Positions 36,905-45,258 of a stretch of DNA of 64,000 nucleotides are shown here, one piece after another. The notes under the pieces are model-generated. The model was not told the origin of the DNA. It ran no database searches and saw nothing but the letters and a program-made list of their open reading frames with translations. The position numbers and the translations under genes were made by a program. Positions within the stretch are counted from its first letter, which is position 1, and each line of letters opens with the position of its first letter. The stretch covers positions 1,326 through 65,325 of the forward strand of contig CALCXM010000039.1 in the NCBI GenBank assembly GCA_937905825.1, in the 5' to 3' direction. The DNA is from an uncultured bacterium. Lineage in GTDB: Bacteria > Planctomycetota > UBA1135 > GCA-002686595.

Positions 36905-39103
36905 ATGCTGCATTCCCCTCCACGCTCGCGCTCTGGCACCATGCGGCAAACCCTGGCCTTCGTGCTGCTGGGGGGCCTGGGGGCTCTGGCACTGGCCATC
37001 GCTAGCTCCGCGCGCCTGGAGCGGGCCGATTTCACCTTCAACAACGGAGCCGAGGTCAGCACCTTGGACCCGGCCACGGTCAGCGGGGTGCCCGAGGGCC
37101 GGGTGGTCAGGCTGCTGTTTGAGGGGCTGTGCGTGAAGGATCCGAAGACCTTGGAGGCCCTGCCGGGGATGGCCGAGTCCTGGGATTTGAGCGAGGACGG
37201 CAAGACGTACACGTTTCATATTCGCAAGGAAGCGAAGTGGACGGACGGGACGCCGGTGACGGCCTATGACTTCGAGTATTCCTGGCGGCGCATGCTGAAC
37301 CCGTTGACGGCGGCGGAGTATGCGTACCAGCTTTGGTACATCGAAGGGGCGAAGCACTACACGATCTTCAACGATGAGTTGGAGTACATCGGCGACTCGG
37401 AAACAGGGCATGACTTCTGGATTCAAGAGCAGGCCAATGGCCGGGTGCGAGTCGGGTGCGTGCAGTCCCTGCTCACGTCCAACCTGGTCGGATCGTTTGC
37501 AGGCAATCGCTCGCCGAAGAGCCCCCTGAAGCACAACGTCAAAGAAGGAGCCGACTTCTTGCAGCACGGCACGCTCATGGCCACGCCCCTGGGCATCTGC
37601 GAACAAGAGCATTGGTTCCCTTTTGCTCTGCGCGACGCCAAGCTCAATCCGGATCTGCCGGAGACCATTGGCGCCCTGCTGGACGACCCCTACAACGAGA
37701 AGCATTGGTTTGCTGAGTTTGAGGTCGACGCGGGTGCCTTGGATGCCCAGCGCGAGTCCGGCATGATTCGTAACGGAAAGCAGTACCGCGAGGAGATTCT
37801 CGACGTCGCCGGCCTCGGCCTGCACGCCCTCGACGACACGCGCTTCGAAGTCACCCTCGAAGCCCCGACTCCCTACTTCCTCGACATCTGCGCCTTCTAC
37901 CCAGTCTTCCCGGTCTCGCGCAAGAACATCGAAGACGCCAAGGCCAAGTGGCCGAACAGTTGGGAACTGAAGTGGATGCGTTCCGAGAACATCGTCACCA
38001 ACGGCCCCTACGCCATCGAGTTCCGGCGCGTGAACGATCGCATCCGCGTGGTCAAGAACGAGCTCTACTGGGACGCGGACAACGTGGCCATGAACACGAT
38101 CGACGCCCTTGCCATCGATCACTTGGGCACGAGCTTGAACCTCTACTTGATGGGCGAGATCGACTGGATCGACCGGCCCATCACGAACGTCATTCCGCGC
38201 TTGATGCCGCGCGAGGACTTCAACCCGGCGCCCTACCTCGGCAGCTACTTCTACCGGGTCAACGTCACCAAGCCGCCCTTCGACGACCCGCGCGTGCGGC
38301 GCGCCTTGGCCCTATCGATCGATCGCCAGGCCATCGTCACGAGCATCACCAAAGCTGGCGAGCAGATCGCCTATGGCTTCGTGCCCCCTGGAATGCACGG
38401 GTATTCGCTGATTGAGATGGAGCACGGGCAAGACGAAGCGACTCCCGAGCTGACCTTCGCCCGCCATGTGGAAGAAGCCAAGGCCCTGCTCGCCGAGGCA
38501 GGCTTTGGGCCCGGCGGCAAGACCTTCCCCACCTTCGAAATCCACTACAACACCGACCAAACCCACAAGGACATCGCCGAAGTGGTGGCCGACGGTTGGA
38601 ACCGCAACTTGGGCCTCAACGTCAAGCTGCTCAACCAGGAGTGGAAGGTCTACTTGGACGCGCAGAACTCCCTCGACTTCCAAGTCTCGCGCTCCGCGTG
38701 GATTGGGGACTACTCCGATCCCAACACCTTCCTCGACATGTTCCTGACCGGCGGCGAGAACAACCGCACGGGCTGGGGCAACCCGGAGTACGACCGCTTG
38801 GTGGGCGAAGCGGCCTCCGTGTCCGACGACAAGACGCGCCTCTGGATGCTCGCCCAGGCGGAGAAGATCTTGATGGAGGAAATGCCCATCTTGCCCATCT
38901 ACTACTACGTCACGCGCAACCTCGTGAACCCGCGCCTCGGCGGCTTCCACGCCAACATCCAAGACGAGCACTTCGGCAAGTTCTGGTACTGGATGAGTGA
39001 CGAGCAGTTGGCCGAACGCCGTGCCAAACAACCCGCTGACTGGGAGCATGTATCCGCCCCCGGTCCCGCGGCCGGTCTCTACTCCCCCGCCTCCCAACGC
39101 TAG
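36905..39103 (+). CDS. ABC transporter substrate-binding protein, family 5 (OppA/DppA-like), divergent from the previous operon
   Basis: MRQTLAFVLLGGLGALALAIASS signal (ATG 36941 is a possible true start). ADFTFNNGAEVSTLDPATVSGVPEGRVVRLLFEGL, NGPYAIEFRRVNDRIRVVKNELYW, WIGDYSDPNTFLDMF are typical SBP-5 segments. Confidence 0.85.
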   Translation: MLHSPPRSRSGTMRQTLAFVLLGGLGALALAIASSARLERADFTFNNGAEVSTLDPATVSGVPEGRVVRLLFEGLCVKDPKTLEALPGMAESWDLSEDGKTYTFHIRKEAKWTDGTPVTAYDFEYSWRRMLNPLTAAEYAYQLWYIEGAKHYTIFNDELEYIGDSETGHDFWIQEQANGRVRVGCVQSLLTSNLVGSFAGNRSPKSPLKHNVKEGADFLQHGTLMATPLGICEQEHWFPFALRDAKLNPDLPETIGALLDDPYNEKHWFAEFEVDAGALDAQRESGMIRNGKQYREEILDVAGLGLHALDDTRFEVTLEAPTPYFLDICAFYPVFPVSRKNIEDAKAKWPNSWELKWMRSENIVTNGPYAIEFRRVNDRIRVVKNELYWDADNVAMNTIDALAIDHLGTSLNLYLMGEIDWIDRPITNVIPRLMPREDFNPAPYLGSYFYRVNVTKPPFDDPRVRRALALSIDRQAIVTSITKAGEQIAYGFVPPGMHGYSLIEMEHGQDEATPELTFARHVEEAKALLAEAGFGPGGKTFPTFEIHYNTDQTHKDIAEVVADGWNRNLGLNVKLLNQEWKVYLDAQNSLDFQVSRSAWIGDYSDPNTFLDMFLTGGENNRTGWGNPEYDRLVGEAASVSDDKTRLWMLAQAEKILMEEMPILPIYYYVTRNLVNPRLGGFHANIQDEHFGKFWYWMSDEQLAERRAKQPADWEHVSAPGPAAGLYSPASQR

Positions 39104-39115
39104 CCCAGACGAGCC

Positions 39116-40102
39116 TTGCTGCGATTCTTCTTCCAACGCTTGCTCTGGTTCGCCATCACCCTCTGGGTCGTGGTGACCGTCTCGTTCTTCTTGATGCGCC
39201 AGGTGCGCGGCGGGCCCTTTGACGGGGAACGCGCGCTCAACGAAGCCATCGAGCGCAACATCAAGGCGCGCTATCACTTGGATTGGCCCCAGTGGAAGCA
39301 GTACCTGCAGTACGTGGGTCCTCTAAACCTGGACGATCACGGGGCGCAGTTCCTGGGCGGCGACGGTACGGATGTCTTCACGGGAATTCTGGTGGGCGAC
39401 TTCGGCCCTTCCTTCAAGTACCGGGACTTCACGGTCAACGACATCATCGGGCAATCCCTACCGATCTCGATCTCCCTGGGCGTCATCTCGCTCATGTGGG
39501 CCTTGCTGCTGGGATTGAGCGCTGGCATCGCTTCCGCCCTTTGGCGAGGGTCCACCACGGACGTGGCTTTGCGACTTGTGGCGACCACGGGCATCGCCCT
39601 GCCCAACTTCACCGTGGCGGGCTTCCTGGTGATCTTCTTCGTGTTCACGATCCCGCTCTTGCCCGTGGCGGGCTACGGATCCTGGAGGCACTTGGTGCTG
39701 CCCGGCTTTGCCTTGGGAGCTCCTTTCGCGGCCTACATCGCGCGCCTCACGCGCACGGGCATGCTGGAAGTCCTCTCTCAAGACTACATCCGCACGGCCC
39801 ATGCCAAGGGCCTGCCCCCGCGGCTTGTGCTCTTGCGTCATGCGCTGAAGGGCGGCCTCTTGCCCGTGGTCAGTTACCTGGGCCCCGCGACCGCCGGCAT
39901 CCTGACCGGAAGCCTCGTGATCGAACGCATCTTCGCCATCCCCGGCACCGGATCGCACTTCGTCAACAGCGCTTTGAACCGCGACTACACCCTCGCCATG
40001 GGAGTCACGATTCTCTACACGGTGCTGGTCTACGCGCTCAACACCCTGGTGGACTTCGCCTACACCCTGCTCGATCCGCGCATCAAGCTGGAGGAGAGCT
40101 AG
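39116..40102 (+). CDS. ABC peptide-type permease (OppB-like)
   Basis: TTG start. LRFFFQRLLWFAITLWVVVTVSFFLM..., EAA loop QDYIRTAHAKGLPPRLVLLRHALK. Confidence 0.85.
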   Translation: MLRFFFQRLLWFAITLWVVVTVSFFLMRQVRGGPFDGERALNEAIERNIKARYHLDWPQWKQYLQYVGPLNLDDHGAQFLGGDGTDVFTGILVGDFGPSFKYRDFTVNDIIGQSLPISISLGVISLMWALLLGLSAGIASALWRGSTTDVALRLVATTGIALPNFTVAGFLVIFFVFTIPLLPVAGYGSWRHLVLPGFALGAPFAAYIARLTRTGMLEVLSQDYIRTAHAKGLPPRLVLLRHALKGGLLPVVSYLGPATAGILTGSLVIERIFAIPGTGSHFVNSALNRDYTLAMGVTILYTVLVYALNTLVDFAYTLLDPRIKLEES

Positions 40103-41187
40103 TGGCTGGCAAGAACCCAAAGAGCTGGGACCTCGGAGGCAAGAACTTCGAGGAGCTCGCCAGCGAAGCCGCCAAGTTCAAGGGCGAGAGCCTTTGGCAA
40201 GATGCCTGGCGGCGCTTGAAGGCCAACCGCACCGCTTGGTGGAGCTTGCTCTTCCTGGGCGTCTTCATGACGATCGCGATGATCGCGCCGCTCATGCCGA
40301 TTCCCTCGCCGGTCTTCCTGGACCTGCAACTGGAACCGCAGCCGCCGATTTGGCCCTGGACGAACTTCGGGACTGGCGGGTTTGAGCCGCAGTATTGGGA
40401 GCTGTCCGCCTTGGACAACTTCATGGTGGACACGCGCGTCGCGATCTTTGGGGACTGGCAAACTGGTCCTTGGCTGGGGACGGACGGCAAGGGCCGCGAC
40501 ATCCTTTCACGCATCATCTGGGGCAGCCGCACGTCGATTTTGGTGTCCCTAGCTGCGGCATTTTGCTCCCTCGCAATTGGCGTGTCCTACGGAGCCGTCG
40601 CCGGCTACCTGGGCGGGCGCATCGACAACTTGATGATGCGCGTGGTGGACATCCTCTACTCGATCCCCTTCATCTTCCTGGTGATCTTCCTGATCACGAT
40701 CGTCAACGAGTACCGCGCGGAATTGGAGGACAACTACGGCATCGACCGCGAGACGGTCTTCTACGTGGTGATCGGCGCGGTCTATTGGTTGACCATGGCG
40801 CGGGTCGTGCGTGGGCAAGTCTTGTCCCTGCGCAACCAAGAGTTCATCGAAGCCGCCCGCGTGCTCGGGGCCTCCACCGCGCGCATCGTCTTTGTGCATC
40901 TCGTGCCCAACGTGCTCTCGATCGTCATCGTCTACCTGACCCTGACGATCCCCGCGGTGATGCTCTTCGAAGCCTTCCTCTCTTTCCTCGGTTTGGGCAT
41001 CGAACCGCCCAAGGTTTCCTGGGGCATTCTGGCCGTGGACGGCAGCGAAATGGTGAATCCCGTGAAGCTCTATTGGTGGCTGGTGCTCTTCCCCGCGGGC
41101 GCCATGGGCACGACCCTGCTCGCTTTGAACTTGCTGGGTGACGGTTTGCGCGATGCCCTGGACCCCAAGATGCGAGGGCGCGACTAA
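40102..41187 (+). CDS. ABC peptide-type permease (OppC-like)
   Basis: GTG 40102 overlaps the oppB-like stop (TAGTG) and is in frame with track ORF 39283..41187. WLGTDGKGRDILSRIIWG and EFIEAARVLGASTARIVFVHLVPN motifs. Confidence 0.8.
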   Translation: MAGKNPKSWDLGGKNFEELASEAAKFKGESLWQDAWRRLKANRTAWWSLLFLGVFMTIAMIAPLMPIPSPVFLDLQLEPQPPIWPWTNFGTGGFEPQYWELSALDNFMVDTRVAIFGDWQTGPWLGTDGKGRDILSRIIWGSRTSILVSLAAAFCSLAIGVSYGAVAGYLGGRIDNLMMRVVDILYSIPFIFLVIFLITIVNEYRAELEDNYGIDRETVFYVVIGAVYWLTMARVVRGQVLSLRNQEFIEAARVLGASTARIVFVHLVPNVLSIVIVYLTLTIPAVMLFEAFLSFLGLGIEPPKVSWGILAVDGSEMVNPVKLYWWLVLFPAGAMGTTLLALNLLGDGLRDALDPKMRGRD

Positions 41188-42197
41188 TGGCCATGCTCTC
41201 TGTGCGTGACTTGACCGTGCGCTTCGACACGCACCATGGAAACGTGCGCGCCGTGGATGGCGTGTCGTTTGAATTGGAAGAAGGCGAGACCCTCGGGCTC
41301 GTGGGCGAATCGGGTTCCGGCAAGTCCGTGACGAACCTAGCGATGATGGGGCTGATCCCCCAGCCCCCCGGGGTGATCGAGAAGGGCGAAGTGCTCTACA
41401 ACGGCCGCGATCTCTTGAAGCTCGCTCCGAGAGAGTTGCAAGCCCTGCGCGGCAATGAGATCTCCATGATCTTCCAGGACCCGATGACGAGCTTGAACCC
41501 CTTGCTCACCATCGGACAGCAGCTGCGCGAAGTGCTCGAAATCCACAAGGGACAAAAGCGCCGGGAAGCGAGCAAGCATTGCGCCGAAGCCTTGGGGGAC
41601 GTGGGCATCCCCGCTCCCGAATCGCGCTTGGAGCAGTACCCCCACGAACTCTCCGGCGGCATGCGGCAACGGGTCATGATCGCCATGGCCTTGCTCTGCG
41701 ATCCGCGCGTGTTGATCGCGGACGAACCGACCACAGCCCTGGACGTGACGATTCAAGCGCAGATCCTGGAGCTGATGAAGGACCTGCAGAAGCGGCGCGG
41801 AACCGCGATCATCTTGATCACCCACGACTTGGGCGTCGTGGCGGGCATGAGCGATCGGGTGCACGTCATGTACGCGGGCAAGCTGGTGGAGACCGGCGGC
41901 GTCAGCGACCTCTTCCGCGCACCGGCGCATCCTTACACCGCGGGTCTCTTGGGCAGCGTGCCGCGACTGAACTCGGACACGTCGGAAAGCCTGCTCTCGA
42001 TTCCTGGAGCGCCCCCCGACTTAGCGGACCTGCCCCCGGGCTGCGCCTTCCAACCACGCTGCACGATCTCCACGGAAGCCTGCATGCACACCGAGCCCCC
42101 CTTGGAAACGGTCCTCGACTCGAACAGCAAGAGCGCGCGCTTCGTCGCCTGCCCGTCGAGCATGCGCCGCGACCCCGCCTTTGGAGGGAAGTCATGA
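41187..42197 (+). CDS. ABC peptide-type ATP-binding protein (OppD-like)
   Basis: [54 protein letters not shown] overlaps the upstream TAA (TAATG). Confidence 0.85.
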   Translation: MAMLSVRDLTVRFDTHHGNVRAVDGVSFELEEGETLGLVGESGSGKSVTNLAMMGLIPQPPGVIEKGEVLYNGRDLLKLAPRELQALRGNEISMIFQDPMTSLNPLLTIGQQLREVLEIHKGQKRREASKHCAEALGDVGIPAPESRLEQYPHELSGGMRQRVMIAMALLCDPRVLIADEPTTALDVTIQAQILELMKDLQKRRGTAIILITHDLGVVAGMSDRVHVMYAGKLVETGGVSDLFRAPAHPYTAGLLGSVPRLNSDTSESLLSIPGAPPDLADLPPGCAFQPRCTISTEACMHTEPPLETVLDSNSKSARFVACPSSMRRDPAFGGKS

Positions 42198-43189
42198 GTT
42201 CCGCTCCCCTGCTCGATGTGCGCGACTTGCACAAGCACTTCCCGGTTGGCGAGAAGGGTCTCTTCGGCGCGCACAAGCAACTGCTGAAAGCGGTCAACGG
42301 CGTCAGCTTCAGTTTGGAACGCGGTCAGTGCCTTGGGCTGGTGGGCGAATCAGGCTGCGGCAAGTCCACGGTGGCGCGCGCAGTGGTCGGCTTGCACCCG
42401 GCGACTTCGGGCTCCATTCGTTTCGATGGAAACGAACTGGTCGGCCTCTCCACCCGTGGCTGGCTGCCCTACCGGCGCAAGATTCAGATGATCTTCCAGG
42501 ACCCCTACGCGTCCTTGGATCCGCGCCAAACGGTCAGTTCGATCCTGACCGAGCCCAGCAAAATACACGGCCTGTCCAAGCCTCGCGAGCGCAAGCTACA
42601 CGCCATGCAACTCCTGGAAGCGGTGGGCCTCAACCCGCGCCACATCAACCGCTACCCCCACGAGTTCTCCGGTGGACAGCGCCAACGCATCGGCATCGCG
42701 CGCGCCTTGGCTCTCGAGCCCGAACTCTTGATTTGCGACGAGCCGGTCAGCGCCTTGGACGTTTCGATTCAAGCGCAGATCATCAACTTGATGGGTGAGC
42801 TGAAGGAGCGCTTCAACCTCTCCTACCTGTTCATCGCCCACGACCTAGCGGTGGTGCGGCACATCTGTGATTCGGTGGCGGTGATGTATTTGGGACGCGT
42901 GGTGGAGCAGGCATCGCGGGATGAGATCTTCAATGATCCGCGCCATCCGTACACCAAGTCGCTCTTGTCCGCCGTGCCCGTGCCCGATCCGGAATTGGAG
43001 CGCGCCCGCGAGCGCATCGTGTTGGAAGGGGACGTGCCTTCGCCCTTGGATCCCCCACCGGGTTGTTCCTTTGCGCCCCGTTGTCCTTGGCGGCACGAGG
43101 TGCCCGACGATCGCTGCAACCGAGAGATTCCGGAGCTGGTCGAGCGAGACGGGCGCAAGCGTTCCTGTTTCTTGCCCTTGGCTCACTGA
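42194..43189 (+). CDS. ABC peptide-type ATP-binding protein (OppF-like)
   Basis: ATG 42194 overlaps the oppD-like stop (ATGA). [51 protein letters not shown]. Confidence 0.85.
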   Translation: MSSAPLLDVRDLHKHFPVGEKGLFGAHKQLLKAVNGVSFSLERGQCLGLVGESGCGKSTVARAVVGLHPATSGSIRFDGNELVGLSTRGWLPYRRKIQMIFQDPYASLDPRQTVSSILTEPSKIHGLSKPRERKLHAMQLLEAVGLNPRHINRYPHEFSGGQRQRIGIARALALEPELLICDEPVSALDVSIQAQIINLMGELKERFNLSYLFIAHDLAVVRHICDSVAVMYLGRVVEQASRDEIFNDPRHPYTKSLLSAVPVPDPELERARERIVLEGDVPSPLDPPPGCSFAPRCPWRHEVPDDRCNREIPELVERDGRKRSCFLPLAH

Positions 43190-43551
43190 CGCAAAACGCC
43201 GCCGAAGGCGATGCGCCCAAGGGCGGCGGGTTCGAAGAGGATGTGGACTTGATCGGCGGGACGTTGGAAGCAGCGCGCCACCGCGTCCGCTAGCTGACGT
43301 GCCATGAGAATTCGCGCGGCAGCTTCCGGTGGCTGCGCGAGCAGGACGCGCACGAAGACTGGAGCTAGATCCTCTGCAAGCTCGGAACCGTTCTCCGCGT
43401 AGTCTTCCCGGGCCAGAGCGCGCAGCTTGACCCAAGTGCTTCCCGGCGCAGCTGCGAGCACCTCCCCTGCCGCGTCTGCCACCCGTTGCGCCAATCCTTG
43501 CCTTGGCGAGGAGTCAACGGTCTTGATGTAGTCCAGTTCGAGAATGGGCAT
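43183..43551 (-). CDS. tautomerase-superfamily protein (tandem 4-oxalocrotonate-tautomerase-like halves)
   Basis: Begins MPILELDY (Pro-1 after Met removal). Two beta-alpha-beta-like halves of about 60 aa (MPILELDYIK...YAENG and PVFVRVLLAQ...RIAFGG). Assignment by pattern only. Confidence 0.5.
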   Translation of the reverse strand: MPILELDYIKTVDSSPRQGLAQRVADAAGEVLAAAPGSTWVKLRALAREDYAENGSELAEDLAPVFVRVLLAQPPEAAARILMARQLADAVARCFQRPADQVHILFEPAALGRIAFGGVLRQ

Positions 43552-43733
43552 GTCTGTTCCCGTGTTTGAGGAGGCCTTCAGGGCGTCCGCTCAACCTAAC
43601 GCGCGGACCGCAAGCCTGTCCAGCCGAGCCCATCTCAGCAAAGTGCGCTGCGCGCGCATCAAGTGATGCAAAGCTCCAGCAAAGCGCCTCTCAAGTGGAG
43701 GATTCACGGGGAAATCGAGGTAGGATTCTGGCC

Positions 43734-44480
43734 ATGATTCGCGTTCAAGATGTGACCCGGGACTACGGGAATTTTCGGGCGGTGGACTCCGTCTCGTTCA
43801 GCATTGGCCCCGGCGAGATCGTCGGTTTCCTGGGACCCAACGGGGCGGGCAAGAGCACCCTGCTCAAGATGCTTTGCACTTACCTCCCGCCCAGCTCTGG
43901 CACCCTGGAGATTGTCGGCCATGACGTGGTCAAGGACTCCCTGACGGTGCGGTCTTTGATCGGGTACTTGCCGGAGCACAACGCGCTGTTCGAGACCATG
44001 CGCGTCAGCAAACTCTTGACCTTCATCGGCAAGGCCCGCGGGCTTTCCGGTGCTCTGCTCGAGGAACGCATCGCCTGGGTCACGCAAGCGATGACCCTCG
44101 GGGACGTGCTCAAGAACAAGGTCAAGGAGTGCTCGAAAGGCTTCCGCCAACGCATTGGATTGGCCTGCGCGCTGATTCACGATCCCCCCGTCATTCTCCT
44201 GGACGAACCCACCCACGGTCTCGACCCCTTGCAAGTGGTGGCCTTCCGGGACTTCATTCACGAGCTCTCCGAGGACCGCGCGATTCTCTTTTCGAGTCAC
44301 ATCCTGGCGGAGGTGGCGGAGATCTCTGATCGCCTGCTCGTCTTGCAAAAAGGGCGCCTGTGCATGGATGAAACCATGCAGGAACTCACCGCGCGAGGCA
44401 CAAAGGAAAACCTCAGCCTCGAACAACTGGTGATTCGCGCCCTCGAACAGAGCAGCCAAGCAAGGGAGGCAAAAGCGTGA
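43734..44480 (+). CDS. ABC-2-type transporter ATP-binding protein (GldA-like)
   Basis: MIRVQDVTRDYGNFRAVDSVSFSIGPGEIVGFLGPNGAGKSTLLKML, signature CSKGFRQRIGLACAL, Walker B VILLDEPTHGLD. Confidence 0.85.
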   Translation: MIRVQDVTRDYGNFRAVDSVSFSIGPGEIVGFLGPNGAGKSTLLKMLCTYLPPSSGTLEIVGHDVVKDSLTVRSLIGYLPEHNALFETMRVSKLLTFIGKARGLSGALLEERIAWVTQAMTLGDVLKNKVKECSKGFRQRIGLACALIHDPPVILLDEPTHGLDPLQVVAFRDFIHELSEDRAILFSSHILAEVAEISDRLLVLQKGRLCMDETMQELTARGTKENLSLEQLVIRALEQSSQAREAKA

Positions 44481-45247
44481 GTGCCCCCAGCAACATCCCC
44501 CGGCGCGCCGGTTTCCTGACCGGCATTCGCCTCGTCTGCGGGCGCGAGCTCTCCGCCTTCTTCGACTCGGCGATCGCCTACGTCTACCTGATCTCCGCCT
44601 TGGTGCTCTTGTCCTCGCTCTTCATGAACGAGTTCTTCCTGACCGGCCGGTTGGACATGACACCTTTCTTCGACTCCTTGGCTCCGATCAGCATCTTCCT
44701 CTTGCCCGCGGTCACCATGCGACTGTGGGCCGAGGACAAGAAGACGCGCACCTTTGAACTGTGGATGACCTTGCCCATGCGACCGGGCCAAGTGGTGCTG
44801 GGCAAGTTCGGCGCGGCCTTGGCGCTTTACGGCATGTTCCTGGCCGGCACCTTTCCGATCGTCATCATGCTGATGAACTTGGGGGATCCCGATCTCGGCT
44901 TGATCGCCTCGGGCTACTTGGGTGCACTGCTTTTGGGCGGGTTGTTCCTGGCCTTCGGCACGTTCTTGTCGGGGCTCACGGGGGACCAGATCGTCGCTTT
45001 CGTGAGCAGCGTGTTGTGCGGTTTCCTGTTCCTCTCCACGGGCCATCCCAAGGTCGTCGCCGTGATCGACGGCATGTCCCCGGAACTCGGCGCTGGCACC
45101 TGGTTGGCGGATCACGTGGCGGCCCTGCCGCACTACGAGAACTTCCTGCGCGGCCTGATCAAGCTCTCCTCGATCGTTTGGTTCGTGGGGCTCTCCAGCG
45201 TGTTCCTGTGGATGAACACGCTGTTCGTTGAAAAGGACCGTTCCTAG
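44477..45247 (+). CDS. ABC-2-type permease (GldF-like)
   Basis: GTG overlaps the ATPase stop (GTGA). Six predicted TM segments with the typical large first loop. Positioned between a GldA-like and a GldG-like gene. Confidence 0.7.
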   Translation: MSAPSNIPRRAGFLTGIRLVCGRELSAFFDSAIAYVYLISALVLLSSLFMNEFFLTGRLDMTPFFDSLAPISIFLLPAVTMRLWAEDKKTRTFELWMTLPMRPGQVVLGKFGAALALYGMFLAGTFPIVIMLMNLGDPDLGLIASGYLGALLLGGLFLAFGTFLSGLTGDQIVAFVSSVLCGFLFLSTGHPKVVAVIDGMSPELGAGTWLADHVAALPHYENFLRGLIKLSSIVWFVGLSSVFLWMNTLFVEKDRS

Positions 45248-45258
45248 TCCCCCGCGCG

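Noticed and set aside
36839-38122. 427-aa minus-strand ORF opposite the second SBP gene, and 38312..39277 likewise
   Set aside because: Shadow ORFs. The + strand encodes a continuous family-5 SBP.
39283-40101. 5' part of track ORF 39283..41187, overlapping the OppB-like gene in another frame
   Set aside because: Arg/Pro/Gly/His-rich nonsense translation. The real OppC-like protein starts at GTG 40102, which overlaps the OppB stop. The same logic applies to 41579..42193 upstream of OppF and to 4863..5171, 9305..9685, 43566..43733 and 48405..48476.
43183-43189. 7-nt overlap of convergent stops (OppF-like and tautomerase-like genes)
   Set aside because: Trivial end-to-end overlap of convergent genes. 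No functional inference warranted.
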